Source: Eledone cirrhosa (Eukaryota). From it: a stretch of DNA of 64,000 nt. This document shows positions 52,278 to 64,000 of this stretch, in pieces. Made by a program: the position numbers and the translations under genes. The number at the start of each line of letters is the position of its first letter. Position 1 is the stretch's first letter. The stretch is from the NCBI GenBank assembly GCA_964016885.1, contig OZ024745.1, positions 81,220,001 to 81,284,000 of the forward strand, given 5' to 3'. Under the pieces are notes generated by a model. It was not told where the DNA came from and made no database searches. It saw only the letters and a list, made by a program, of their open reading frames with translations.

Positions 52278-53102
52278 GCAACTACAATAACAACGACAGC
52301 AACAACAGCTGCCACCACCATCACTGACCATCCACCACCACCACCACCACCACCACCACCATACTGACACCATCCACCACCTTCACCACCATCATTGGCA
52401 TCATCTACCACCACCGCCATCCACCACCACAACCACCATCATCACTGGCACCATCCACCACCACCGCCATCACCACCATCCACCGACACCATCCACCACC
52501 TTCACCACCACTGCCACCATCACTAGCACCATCCACCACCACCACCATCGCCACCATCAGTCACCATCCACCACCACCACCATCATCACTGACACCATCC
52601 ACCACCTTCACCACTACCACCACCACCATCACTGACACCATCCTCCACCATCACCATGACTGACACCATCCACCACCACCATCACTGACACCATCCACCA
52701 CCTCCACCACTACCACCACCACCACCACCACCACCACCATCACTGACACCATCCACCACCATCACCATGACTGACACCATCCACCACCACCATCACTGAC
52801 ACCATCCACCACCTCCACTACTACCACCACCACCACCACCACCGCCATCACTGACACCATCCACCACCATCACCATGACTGACACCATCCACCACCACCA
52901 CCATCACTGACACCAGCCACCACCTCCACCACTACCACCACCACCACCACCATCACTGACACCATCCACCACGATCACCATGACTGACACCATCCACCAC
53001 CATCACTGACACCATCCACCACCACCACCATCACTGACACCATCCACCACCGCTACTATCACTGGCATCATCCACCACCATTCACCATCACCACCATTAC
53101 CA
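52155..53102. repeat. (AAC)n tract followed by composite (CAC)n/CATCACTGACACCATCCAC minisatellite
   Basis: Direct reading. Confidence 0.95.
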
Positions 53103-53329
53103 GCGTAAAGCAAACAATTATTATTATTATTATATAAAAACTGAACTGGACTGGGAAAAGTCAACAGTTGACATGATTTTGATTTTGTATCAGTACTGCC
53201 GGTAATATATATATATATGTGTGTGAGTAGTGTGTGTGTTTGTATGCATGAATGAGTGTTGGTGTGTGAGTGGCGTGTGTGTTTGTAGTTTGATGCATGA
53301 GTGTTGGTGTGTGAGTGTGTGTGTGTGTG

Positions 53330-56300
53330 CGTGTCGTGTCAATAAGTGTTTTTTTATGACCGTGCTGTAAAATGGAGAAGTAGAGAGGGCCCTTAAGTCG
53401 AGTAAGACATCCTCTCTAGTTTGGTGGCACAAATAAAAGCACCCAGTCCTATATGTAAAGTGGCGTTGGTGTTAGGAAGGGCATCCAACCAGTGTATCAA
53501 TGCCAAAACGCTTATCAGCACAGCAACAAATAGGAACAACAATAAACTATGAAGACGTCGCATCTCAGAGTTGCAACACTTAATGTTGGCATTCTCAGAG
53601 GTAGATCTGTTGAAATAGCGGAGATGCTGGAGAGAAGGCATATGGATGTGTGCTGCGTGCAAGAGGTGAGATGGAGAGGTGCCTCTGCGAGACTAGTCGT
53701 AGGCAAACATCATAGCGATAAGGTTTTCTGGGTAGGTAAGGATGATGGGTTAGGAGGAGTAGGCATTTTCCTGGCTGAGAGATGGATCAATAAGACAATA
53801 GAGGTAGTTCGAGTTAGTAATCGAATAATTAAGCTTAGATTAGTTGTAGGCAGGAGACTACTGACAATCATCTCTGCCTATGCTCCCCAAGCAGGCCTAG
53901 GCAAAGATGAGAAAGACTGATTTTACGAGCAACTTTTACAAAAAACCGCAATGACAGAGGACGGAGACATCGTTATGCTAGCAGGGGACTTCAATGGTCA
54001 TGTTGGACAGCTCCACGATGGTTACACTTGGGTACATGGTGGGCACGGTTACGGCTCAAGAAATGAAGAAGGAGTGAGACTTCTTGAATTTTGTGATGCA
54101 AGTACACTGACTATTTGCAACACAAACTTCCAGAAACCCGCCAATCACCTAATAACCTACAAATCTGGCGAGCACATAAGCCAGATTGATTTCTTACTAG
54201 TTACGCAGCGGGACAGGCAGATAGTGTCTAATACCAAGGCATACCCTGGGGAAGAATGTACCCCACAGCATGGGTTAGTCGTTAGTGATATCTCAGTATG
54301 CAAGAGATGGAATGAGACATACAGGAAGGTGTGGAGAAGAAAGGTCTGGAAGCTAAAAGACCTTTCACTAAAATACAAATTTAGGAAAGCCCTTCAAGAT
54401 GTATATGACGAAAAAGAAGACGATTTAGAGACGTATGACATAGATAATAACTGGAATTTCTTACGTGACAACTTGCTGCAGGCTACTGATGAAACTTGTG
54501 GCTGGAGCAGAGCTCCATCCAGACAGAGAGTGACCTGGTGGTGGAACAGCACAGTAGATAAGGCCATTAGAGACAAAAGACTAGCATGGAAGGCTTGGAA
54601 AAAGGGTGGGAGTAGGGAAGAATATACAGCCGCTAAGAGAGAAGCTAGACGTCAGGTGTACTTAGCACGCAGGGAGGCTGAGAGTAGGAGGTTTGCCAAT
54701 ATTCTGCGACGTGAAGATCAGAGGCGTGCGGTGTTCCACATTGCAAGGCAGTGTGTCAATGTAAATCAGGATGTTGTTGGAGATAAATGTGTCCGGGAGG
54801 ATGCCGGTGTACTTAGTGTCACGAATGATTAGAAAAAGGAGGCCTGGAAATGTCATTATGAGAGACTGACGAATGTGGAAAACGAATGGGAGAGAGAGAA
54901 AATACCCTTAGTAGATCCGACAGAGGGACCAGCTATTGAGATTGACGAATATAGGGTCCAAGAAGCGATTAAGGAAATGAAAAATGGTAAGGCTGCTGGA
55001 CCATCGGGAATAGTTGCTGAGATGCTGAAGGCATCAGGGAACGTAGTCACTAAACTGGTTGCACGCATCATCAATCAGGCTATATATGGTGGTGTCATAC
55101 CCAAAGACTGGTGCAGCAGTATTCTCATAAATTGCTACAAAGGTAAAAGGGATACTCTGGAGAGCAGCAATTATAGGGGTATAAAACTGATGGATCAGGT
55201 TATGAAAGTGGCAGAAAGGATATTAGCACAACTAATTAGAGAAAGGGTCAAACTAGATGAGATGCAGTTTGGTTTTGTGCCTGGGAAGAGTACAACAGAT
55301 GCCCTCTTCTTGGTGAGACAATTGCAAGAGAGGTTCTTAGAGAAAAATAAGCCACTATACTTAGCCTTTGTTGACCTAGAGAAGGCCTTTGATAGGGTAC
55401 CCCGATCTGTCATCTGGTGGTCCCCAAGGAAACTAGGTGTTGAGGAATGGCTTGTGAGGACAGCGCAAACTTTTTACAGAGGTAGTCTCAGTAAAATCAG
55501 GGTAAGAAAGGAGTTTAGTAAGGAATTCCAGATACAAGTAGGTGTACATCAAGGTTCGGTCCTCATCCCGCTCTTGTTCATTATAGTCCTCCAAGCCATA
55601 ACAGAGGAGTTTAAGACTGGTTGTCATTGGGAAATTCTCTATGCTGACGATCTGGTTCTTATAGCAGAATCAGTAGAGGAGCTAGAGAATAAATTCTGGC
55701 TATGGAAACAGCAGTTGGAAGCAAGAGGACTGAGAGTGAACCTAGCCAAGACAAAAGTGTTGATGAGTAGAAAAGAGGACAAAACTCTGATTCCGTCAGG
55801 GAAATGGCCATGTTCGATATGCAGAAAAGGAACTGGCATGAATTCTATAAAATGCACACAATGCAGATCCTGGGTACACAAGAGATGTAAGCGGGATAGC
55901 AGGCAAACTAACAGGTAGGGAGAAATATGTATGCAGTAGATGTACAGGGAAATTAGACAGTAGAAGTCGCATTAATAGACACATTTTTCAAATGCAGGAG
56001 GGTGTTATAGAAGTGGTGGATAGCTTCCGGTACCTAGGAGATCAGATTAGCATGGGAGGAGGGTGTTCCGAGGCCATAGTATCTAGAATAAGGACGGGTT
56101 GGAAGAAATTTAGGGAGCTGCTTCCTCTGCTGACGAAGAAGGGTTTCTCCCTGCGTACGAAAGGCCGATTGTATGATGCCTGTGTGAGGAGAGCGATGCT
56201 GCATGGTAGTGAGACATGGGCAGCAACTGCAGAGGATATGCGACGGCTGGAGAGAAATAAGGCAAGCATGTTCCGTTGGATATGCAGTGTAAATGTGCGT

Positions 56301-56646
56301 GAACGACCCATCATGAATGTGTTGAGAGAGAAATTGTGTCTGAGAGGGATAGAATGTAGTGTACGGGAGAGGAGACTAAGGTGGTATGGACATGTGATGC
56401 GCATGGAGGATGACCGATTGGTGAAGAAGTGCCAGGAAATGCCAGTTGAAGGAAGACGTGGTAGAGGTAGACCACGAAAAATATGGGCGGAGGTGGTGAG
56501 AACAGACCTCAGATCGCTGAAGTTCACGGTGGAGATGACGAAGGACCGTGACGAGTGGAGAGATGCTGTGCTGAATAAGACCCGTCCCACTCTTGCGAGC
56601 AGGGAAGAGCGGACGTAAAATGATGATGATGATGATGATGATGATG
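53330..56646 (+). mobile_element. full-length RTE LINE; ORF 53549-56618 with two stops and one frameshift
   Basis: ATLNVG, VCCVQEVRW, AGDFNGHVG, FVDLEKAFDRVP, GVHQGSVL, LYADDL, PHD-like finger, RLRWYGHV, GRGRPRK. Stop is immediately followed by (TGA)n. Confidence 0.95.
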
Positions 56647-56664
56647 CATATATATATACATATA

Positions 56665-57122
56665 TAAAAGGCAGAATGTATGATGCGTGTATACGAACAT
56701 CAATATTACATGTAAGTGAAACCTGGGCGCTGTCTGTAGAAGACTTGCATAGATTAGAAAGAACCAAAGCTCGCATGCTCCGATGGATGTGTAATAGAAA
56801 AATACGAGGTTACGTTGGTATGGACATGTGATGCGTATGAAGGATGACAGCTGCATAAAAAGGTGCAGAGCACTAGAAGTTGATGGAAGCCGCGGAGTGG
56901 GGAGACTCAAGAAGACCTGGGATGAGGTGATAAAGGCCGACCTTACCCAATTGCACCTCTCAAGGGCAATGACACAGGACCGTGACCTCTGGCATCATGC
57001 AGTAATACAGAAGCCCCGACCCCCTACAGGAACAAGCCGAAACTGAAGCATATAGACAATATGCCACCCCTACTGCAAAGTGGTCGTGGAGGTGCCATGG
57101 CAAAAAAGCACCCAGTCCACAT
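56665..57122 (+). mobile_element. RTE 3' fragment with internal deletion
   Basis: KGRMYDACIRTS...[27 protein letters not shown]; same subfamily as 5660-6147. Confidence 0.85.
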
Positions 57123-57242
57123 TGTATATATATATATATGTGAATATATATGTGTATATATATGTGTGTATATATATGTGTATATATATATGTGTATATA
57201 TGTATATATATATATATATGTGTATATATGTATATATATATA

Positions 57243-57291
<49 letters not shown>

Positions 57292-57292
57292 A

Positions 57293-57993
<701 letters not shown>

Positions 57994-58130
57994 CTGTATA
58001 TATATGTGTATATATATGTATATATATATATGTATATATATATATGTGTATATATATTTATATATGAGTGTGTATATATATATGTGTATATATATATATA
58101 TGTGTGTATATATATATATATGTGTATATA

Positions 58131-58165
<35 letters not shown>

Positions 58166-58182
58166 GTGTATATATATATATG

Positions 58183-58212
<30 letters not shown>

Positions 58213-58213
<1 letters not shown>

Positions 58214-59456
58214 TGTGGGGCTTTTTGTTAATAATACTCTACATAGAAAAATACCGGAGATGACCGGAGGTTTATATCGTGACGATATGCTACTACTTAT
58301 AGAAAATAATAATAACTGTGAAATAAATAGGAAAAGAAAAGAAATTATACAATTTGTTAATCACCTTAATCTTAAAGTAGAAATAGAGAATAATTATAAA
58401 ATAGTCAACTTTCTAGATGTAACTTTAAACCTTAACACAGGTCTTTATTATCCATTTCACAAAATAAACGAGAACTTAAACTACGCTAATTTTAATTCAA
58501 ATCACCCCAGATCCGTTAAAAATACTATAGTAAACTCTGTGCAGCAACGTATTACTAGAATTTCAGCTAATAAGAATATTTTTGAAGATAAAGCACAATA
58601 TTATAACGAAGCGTTAGGTAGAGCTGGATATAGCAATAAAATTAAATACATTGAGAGTAATATTATGACAAATAACTATAATTTTAACAATTATAATAGA
58701 AAACCTTACAATAATTCGGAAAACAAAAAGAGAAATAGAACTAGGAATATATTAGGGTTCGCTCCTCCTTTCTCATTAAGTAATAAAACTCTTATTGCTA
58801 AATTATTCTTTAAAGCTCTAGATAAATGCTTCCCTAGAACACATAGCTATTACTCAATATTTAATAGACATACTATAAAATTAACTTATTCAACCACCAG
58901 TAATTTAGCGCAGAATATTAATAGAATTAATAATAGAAACTTAAAACCTAACCAGAATACCATTAACAACCCCAGCAATATCCAACTGAATAATACGGCA
59001 CATAGAAACTCAAATTTTGATAAATGTAACTGTATAAATAAATCTAACTGTCCGTTAAATAACAAGTGCTTAGTTAAAAATATAGTATATAATTGTCATG
59101 TAAAAACTAATTTAAATTCATTTAATTATGTAGGATCTACCTCCACAGATTTTAAGGCGCGTTTTAATAACCATAAATGCTCTTTTACGAATATAAACAA
59201 AACATCTTCAACTTCTCTATCTAATTTACTATGGGACCTAAAATCAAAGAACACTAACTATTCTTTACTTTGGAATATTATCTCTAAAGCTCCCCCATTC
59301 AATGCTTCTTCTGAAAATTGCGCTCTTTGTAAAGAGGAAATATTCTTTATATTAAAAAGTAAAAATTCTGTTAATTTAAGAAGCAATCTTTTCAGTTCTT
59401 GCAAACATAGATTGAACTCAACGTTTAAATATATATATATAAATTGTAATGCATAA
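58213..59456 (+). mobile_element. Penelope-like element (Naiad-type), 5'-truncated ORF: RT C-terminus + Zn linker + GIY-YIG endonuclease
   Basis: GGLYRDD, VNFLDVTL, SNHP, CNC.....CPL..KCL..NIVY, YVGST...FK.RF.NHK, TSLS, CALC..E, N.RS....CKH. The N-terminal YIYI part of the listed ORF is microsatellite. Confidence 0.9.
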
Positions 59457-59660
59457 CTCATCTTTATTAAACCTATCGATAACTCATTGGATTCCTTCAT
59501 ATGATTGCTTGTAGCTATCTTGAAAGGATTTTTTCTTAGGAACTCTTCTTGATAAATGCACTGAAAGATTCGGAGAGAGGATTTTTCTGATAATTCCTAT
59601 AATGGGTACGAGGAATTCATAATTCATAATTCAAATTATAATTAATATTTCATATTTTAT

Positions 59661-59737
<77 letters not shown>

Positions 59738-60794
59738 ATGTGTGTGTATGTATATATCAAAGTGTTTATATATACATATGAAATTTATACTTTAAATGTA
59801 TTCTACAGATGTACTCTTGTGAAAGATTTTTTTAATGGTTTATGCTTTGGATATATTCCAATGAATGAATTTTTAAATGTTAACACGTTATAGAAAAAAT
59901 TTAGGTTTTAACAATCATAATTGTATAACAGGTTGAGTTATGAATTTATAACTTGATATAAAATAACATAAAATTCATGCTCTAATTACACTATTAAGAT
60001 GGATAACTAAAATTTTTTTTAACATCTTAACTTTGTAACATTTAACTTTATAACATTTAATCCTTAGAGCTATCTTAATAATTATTATTAAATCGCTAGC
60101 AATTTCCTTTACGCTCTACTGCTATTACATATAAGTGATTATTCTTCGGTAAAATCTCAGAAATTCCATGAGCTTAGAAATATTCGAATATTTTAAACTT
60201 AAAAATTTGTTTAAATAATTAATTAATTAATTAATTAATAATAATAAAATTATATTTGTTTTTTTAATAATATATTTTTAAAAATAATAATAATATATAT
60301 TCTTTAATAATAATATATAGGTCTCAACTTTAATAATATAACATACACATTTAAACATTTAAACTACGGATTGAATCGATAAATTATTACATTTAATCAA
60401 ATTAATTAAACATTAGATAAATTCTTCAACTTAGCTTTATCAATTTTTATTAGTATATGTTATTGGTTGTTATTAGTATTCATCCACACTATATTTTTTT
60501 TTCGCCTCTTCCCTCAAAATTACGCTATTCTCTCTCACTAAAATATACTCAGGTTTCTCTCTTTCTTACTTTCTTTCCTTAATTTTTTTCTCTTTCTTTT
60601 CTTTTCTTTTCTTTTCTTTTCTTTTTTCCCTATTCCAACGGCTTAATTTAAATATACTGTTTTAAACCTTTCCAACACTAATTTGCATAATAAACCAACA
60701 ATAAATCTAATAACTCCACTATGCAGGAGATTCCAACCAGAATGGTTGCATTTTTTAAGGGTAAGTCAATATTTATTTATAAAACTAACCTATA

Positions 60795-60868
60795 TTATAT
60801 TTTATCTGATGAAAGCGCACCATAGTTTGCTCTGGTGGCCCTTGAAATATGTATAATGAAATAAATAT
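60795..60868 (+). ncRNA. degenerate hammerhead in the 3' pLTR of the Penelope-like element
   Basis: CTGATGA-aag..cacca-loop-tggtg..ctt-GAAA-tatg-TA followed by AATAAA; stem I register imperfect. Confidence 0.55.
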
Positions 60869-60903
60869 GGTTTTATAAATATAGTTTCCATTTGTTAATA
60901 TAT

Positions 60904-60994
<91 letters not shown>

Positions 60995-61025
60995 ATATAT
61001 ATATATATGTGTGTGTATATATATA

Positions 61026-61110
<85 letters not shown>

Positions 61111-61131
61111 GTGTATATATATAAAGATATA

Positions 61132-61188
<57 letters not shown>

Positions 61189-61201
61189 GTGTATATATAT
61201 A

Positions 61202-61250
<49 letters not shown>

Positions 61251-61285
61251 ATATATATATGTGTATATATATATATATATATGTG

Positions 61286-61320
<35 letters not shown>

Positions 61321-61334
61321 ATATGTGTATATGT

Positions 61335-61934
61335 ATGTCAGGTCACCAGTTGGTGCTACTGGTAACATGTATCCTAGTACAACCTGTCTGATGGTCGGGT
61401 CGTTGGCGACTAAACTGGCAACTCCCACCAAGGTTTCTTGGTGAGGAGGGGGACTTTGGACATCCCGCAGGACTAAAAACTAAACCTGTCAAAGGGCAAA
61501 GGAGCTCTTAAGAGTCAATGGCCATCCAAAATCACCGGGAGAGGTGACCCCTTAGCCTTTGTCAAGGCAGTATTCTAGGAGATGGAGAACTCTGATATAA
61601 CACCTGCAACCCTGATGGTTTCCAATGATGTTGACTTGTTCTTCTTTTTGGTAAATATCATCTTGGTTAAGAGAGTGGGACTGGCTTTGTGCAGTGCCTT
61701 TGCTCACTATAAAAGCTTCACGGCACAGGCATTGCTTTATATTTGGAGATCTCTCTGCACTTGTCGTCACATGGTACCATGGGCCCAATAATTGTCACAA
61801 GTGTAGTGTTTGTACCAGAGTTTTCAAGTCGCTGGCTGGACTAAAAAGTCACACTCATTCAGCGCATCGGTAGGAGTTCTCCTACATGGATATAAAGTAG
61901 TGGCCGTACTCGAAAACGAGTTGGCAGCCACCAT
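61335..61934 (+). mobile_element. bipartite non-autonomous RTE derivative (5'UTR-like part + 3' end)
   Basis: Leader-type motifs (aaactaaacctgtcaaagggc, gtcaatggcc, ctaggagatggagaactctga) fused to the C2H2/stem-loop 3' end shared with 46355-46632. Confidence 0.65.
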
Positions 61935-61964
61935 ATATATGTATATATATATATGTATATATAT

Positions 61965-62253
61965 ATATTGTTATACTTGGGGAGGGTCATATTTGTGTAA
62001 TATTGCCAGAATTAATAACAGAACACACTCACTGTTTGGTTGGTTTTCGCTTCTCGCTGTCTTTTATATCGGTAATCTAACTTACTCGGTCCTCAATGTT
62101 GCCATTGACTGACCGACGGTCAAAAATAATACAGATACAATATAGACACAAACACATATATATAGTTTATCATAAATCTTTCGTTGCACATCTGCAACAT
62201 CGTCAGTGGTGTTATATTTTCCTCCTGTTGTGTTGTATGTCTACGCCATTTTT
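61965..62253 (-). mobile_element. second copy of the 57.4-kb hammerhead-bearing pLTR-like element
   Basis: Reverse complement of ~57421-57709 at high identity; core TCGTCAG at 62200-62206 and TTTC at 62179-62182. Confidence 0.85.
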
Positions 62254-62557
62254 ATTCAGCCTGTCTATATATTTATTTATTTATTTGCTTGTTTGTTTAT
62301 TTTATTTCGTCTTCTTTGCGCATGCGTTTGCATGTGTGTATAGTGTTATGTTTTCTGTGTGATGGGTGACTAGTGTGTGTTTATGTGCTTGTTGTTATTG
62401 TGCTTGTGTATGTATTTATTTATTTATCTTATTTTATTTACTTATTTATACTTCTCTTAGGTCAGTGTTGTTTGTTTGTTGTTGTTATTCCATTCATATT
62501 ATTATAATAAATTTTATTATAATAAATTTATAAATTTAGGAATTTATAAATGAAACC

Positions 62558-62610
<53 letters not shown>

Positions 62611-62612
62611 TA

Positions 62613-62703
<91 letters not shown>

Positions 62704-62708
62704 TATAT

Positions 62709-63061
62709 ACGTGGGAAAGTAAAAAATCGGAGAATAGACCGTTAAAACATGTTTATTTAAAATATCACCTACGTACGTTTCGCCAGTTGGGCTTCTCAAG
62801 GGCATAAATAATCACAAGTGTTCCTTATATTGCTCGGAAAGAGTTTTTGGGGTTAAATCCACATCAAGGTTCATTGCTCGCAAAAATATCTTGTTTTGAT
62901 TTTGCAGCAGGATTTAACCCCCAAAACTCTTTCCGAGCAATATAAGGAACACTTGTGATTATTTATGCCCTTGAGAAGCCCAACTGGGCGAAACGTACGT
63001 AGGTGATATTTTAATAAACATGTTTTAACGGTCTATTCTCCGATTTTTTACTTTCCTACGT
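62709..63061. repeat. fold-back element, ~152-bp arms, each with a U3-A8 variant hammerhead
   Basis: 62709-62860 vs 62910-63061. TTGAGAA-GCCC-aact-GGGC-GAAA-CGTACG-TA at 62971-63001; AATAAA at 63013. Confidence 0.85.
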
Positions 63062-63371
63062 GCTTACGCTCTGCTAACTCTCTAGCCCACTAAATATTAA
63101 CACTTCGAATATTTAATACTGCCGGCACTAGTATCGACACCTTTGGCATACGCTACTTGGCAAATAACTATATGTATCACCTATCCCCCCTTTTTTTCTA
63201 TTTCTCGATACGTAAATACTATATATATATATATAGTATATATATATATAATATATAATCATATATAGTATATATGTATATATATATGTATATATATATA
63301 TATATATATGTATATAAATATGTTATATATATATGTATATATATATATATGTATATTATATATATATATAT

Positions 63372-63507
<136 letters not shown>

Positions 63508-63594
63508 GTTATATATATATGTATATATATATTATATATATATATATATATATTGTATATATATATATATATATAATATATATATGTATATATA

Positions 63595-64000
63595 AAATGT
63601 TTAAAAGAAATAATGAATAAAACAATGAAACAGTTCCTTATATTAAACAAAAAAAGTTCATTATTTAACGATCGTTTCAAGGACATATATGTGTTAGAAT
63701 TGGCATGCATTTCTGGAGAATAGAGGAAAGGGTGTTTCCTCAAAAACCAGTATGACTCTAAAAACCGGTTTGTCTGTGTGTTTACATACAGAATAGCTGG
63801 ACACTCACAGTAAAGTGACCAGTGAAAAACTCGGTACATCTACATATGTATACGTGTGTGTATTCATATGCATACTAGTATTTCAGTATACATATGTGGA
63901 TGTACATTTTTAACTTAATTGTTTAAGCGTCAGTCATACAAAAGTGAGTTACAAACGAAACGAAATTTAATTTCGTTTCGTTATTTGTTTTTATGTATAT
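63595..64000 (+). mobile_element. partial structured element homologous to the 47.2-kb retrozyme-like unit (runs off the window)
   Basis: Same order of hairpins and a shared motif; inverted hammerhead 3' half (AACGATCGTTTC) at 63667-63678. Confidence 0.55.

Noticed and set aside
52139-52432. Cys-, Val- or Asn-rich ORFs
   Set aside because: Translations of (AAC)n/(CAC)n repeats.
58213-59456. Selenoprotein-type Naiad (in-frame TGA + SECIS)
   Set aside because: No in-frame TGA in the visible ORF; the Cys positions use Cys codons.
61335-61480. HDV-like or twister ribozyme in the RTE-type leader
   Set aside because: P1/P3-like stems exist, but no correctly placed P2 or P1.1 and no twister core could be fitted.

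Overview
This is AT-rich, repeat-saturated eukaryotic DNA. The SINE/RTE/microsatellite content looks like an octopod cephalopod (inference). One host gene is recognisable: an NDNF (neuron-derived neurotrophic factor)/Nord-family gene on the minus strand. It has three phase-compatible coding exons (18188-17974, 12867-12761, 2160-839; 547 aa) and possible upstream 5'UTR exons. The rest is mostly mobile DNA: several RTE LINEs (three near full length), a young Tx1/L1 element, R4/Dong-, CRE- and Vingi-like LINE remnants, a Ty1/copia remnant with its LTR, an internally deleted mariner, a Naiad-type Penelope-like element (RT + GIY-YIG), three SINE families, an orphan 5S rRNA copy, a 60/63-bp satellite and long (TA)n tracts. 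The most interesting signal is non-coding. A set of sequence-unrelated small elements, mostly abutting (TA)n tracts, carry minimal hammerhead-ribozyme cores and/or fold-back inverted arms. One is a ~434-bp highly structured tandem unit with an intact hammerhead (retrozyme-like, 47168-47793). A diverged homologue at the window end shows compensatory base-pair changes.
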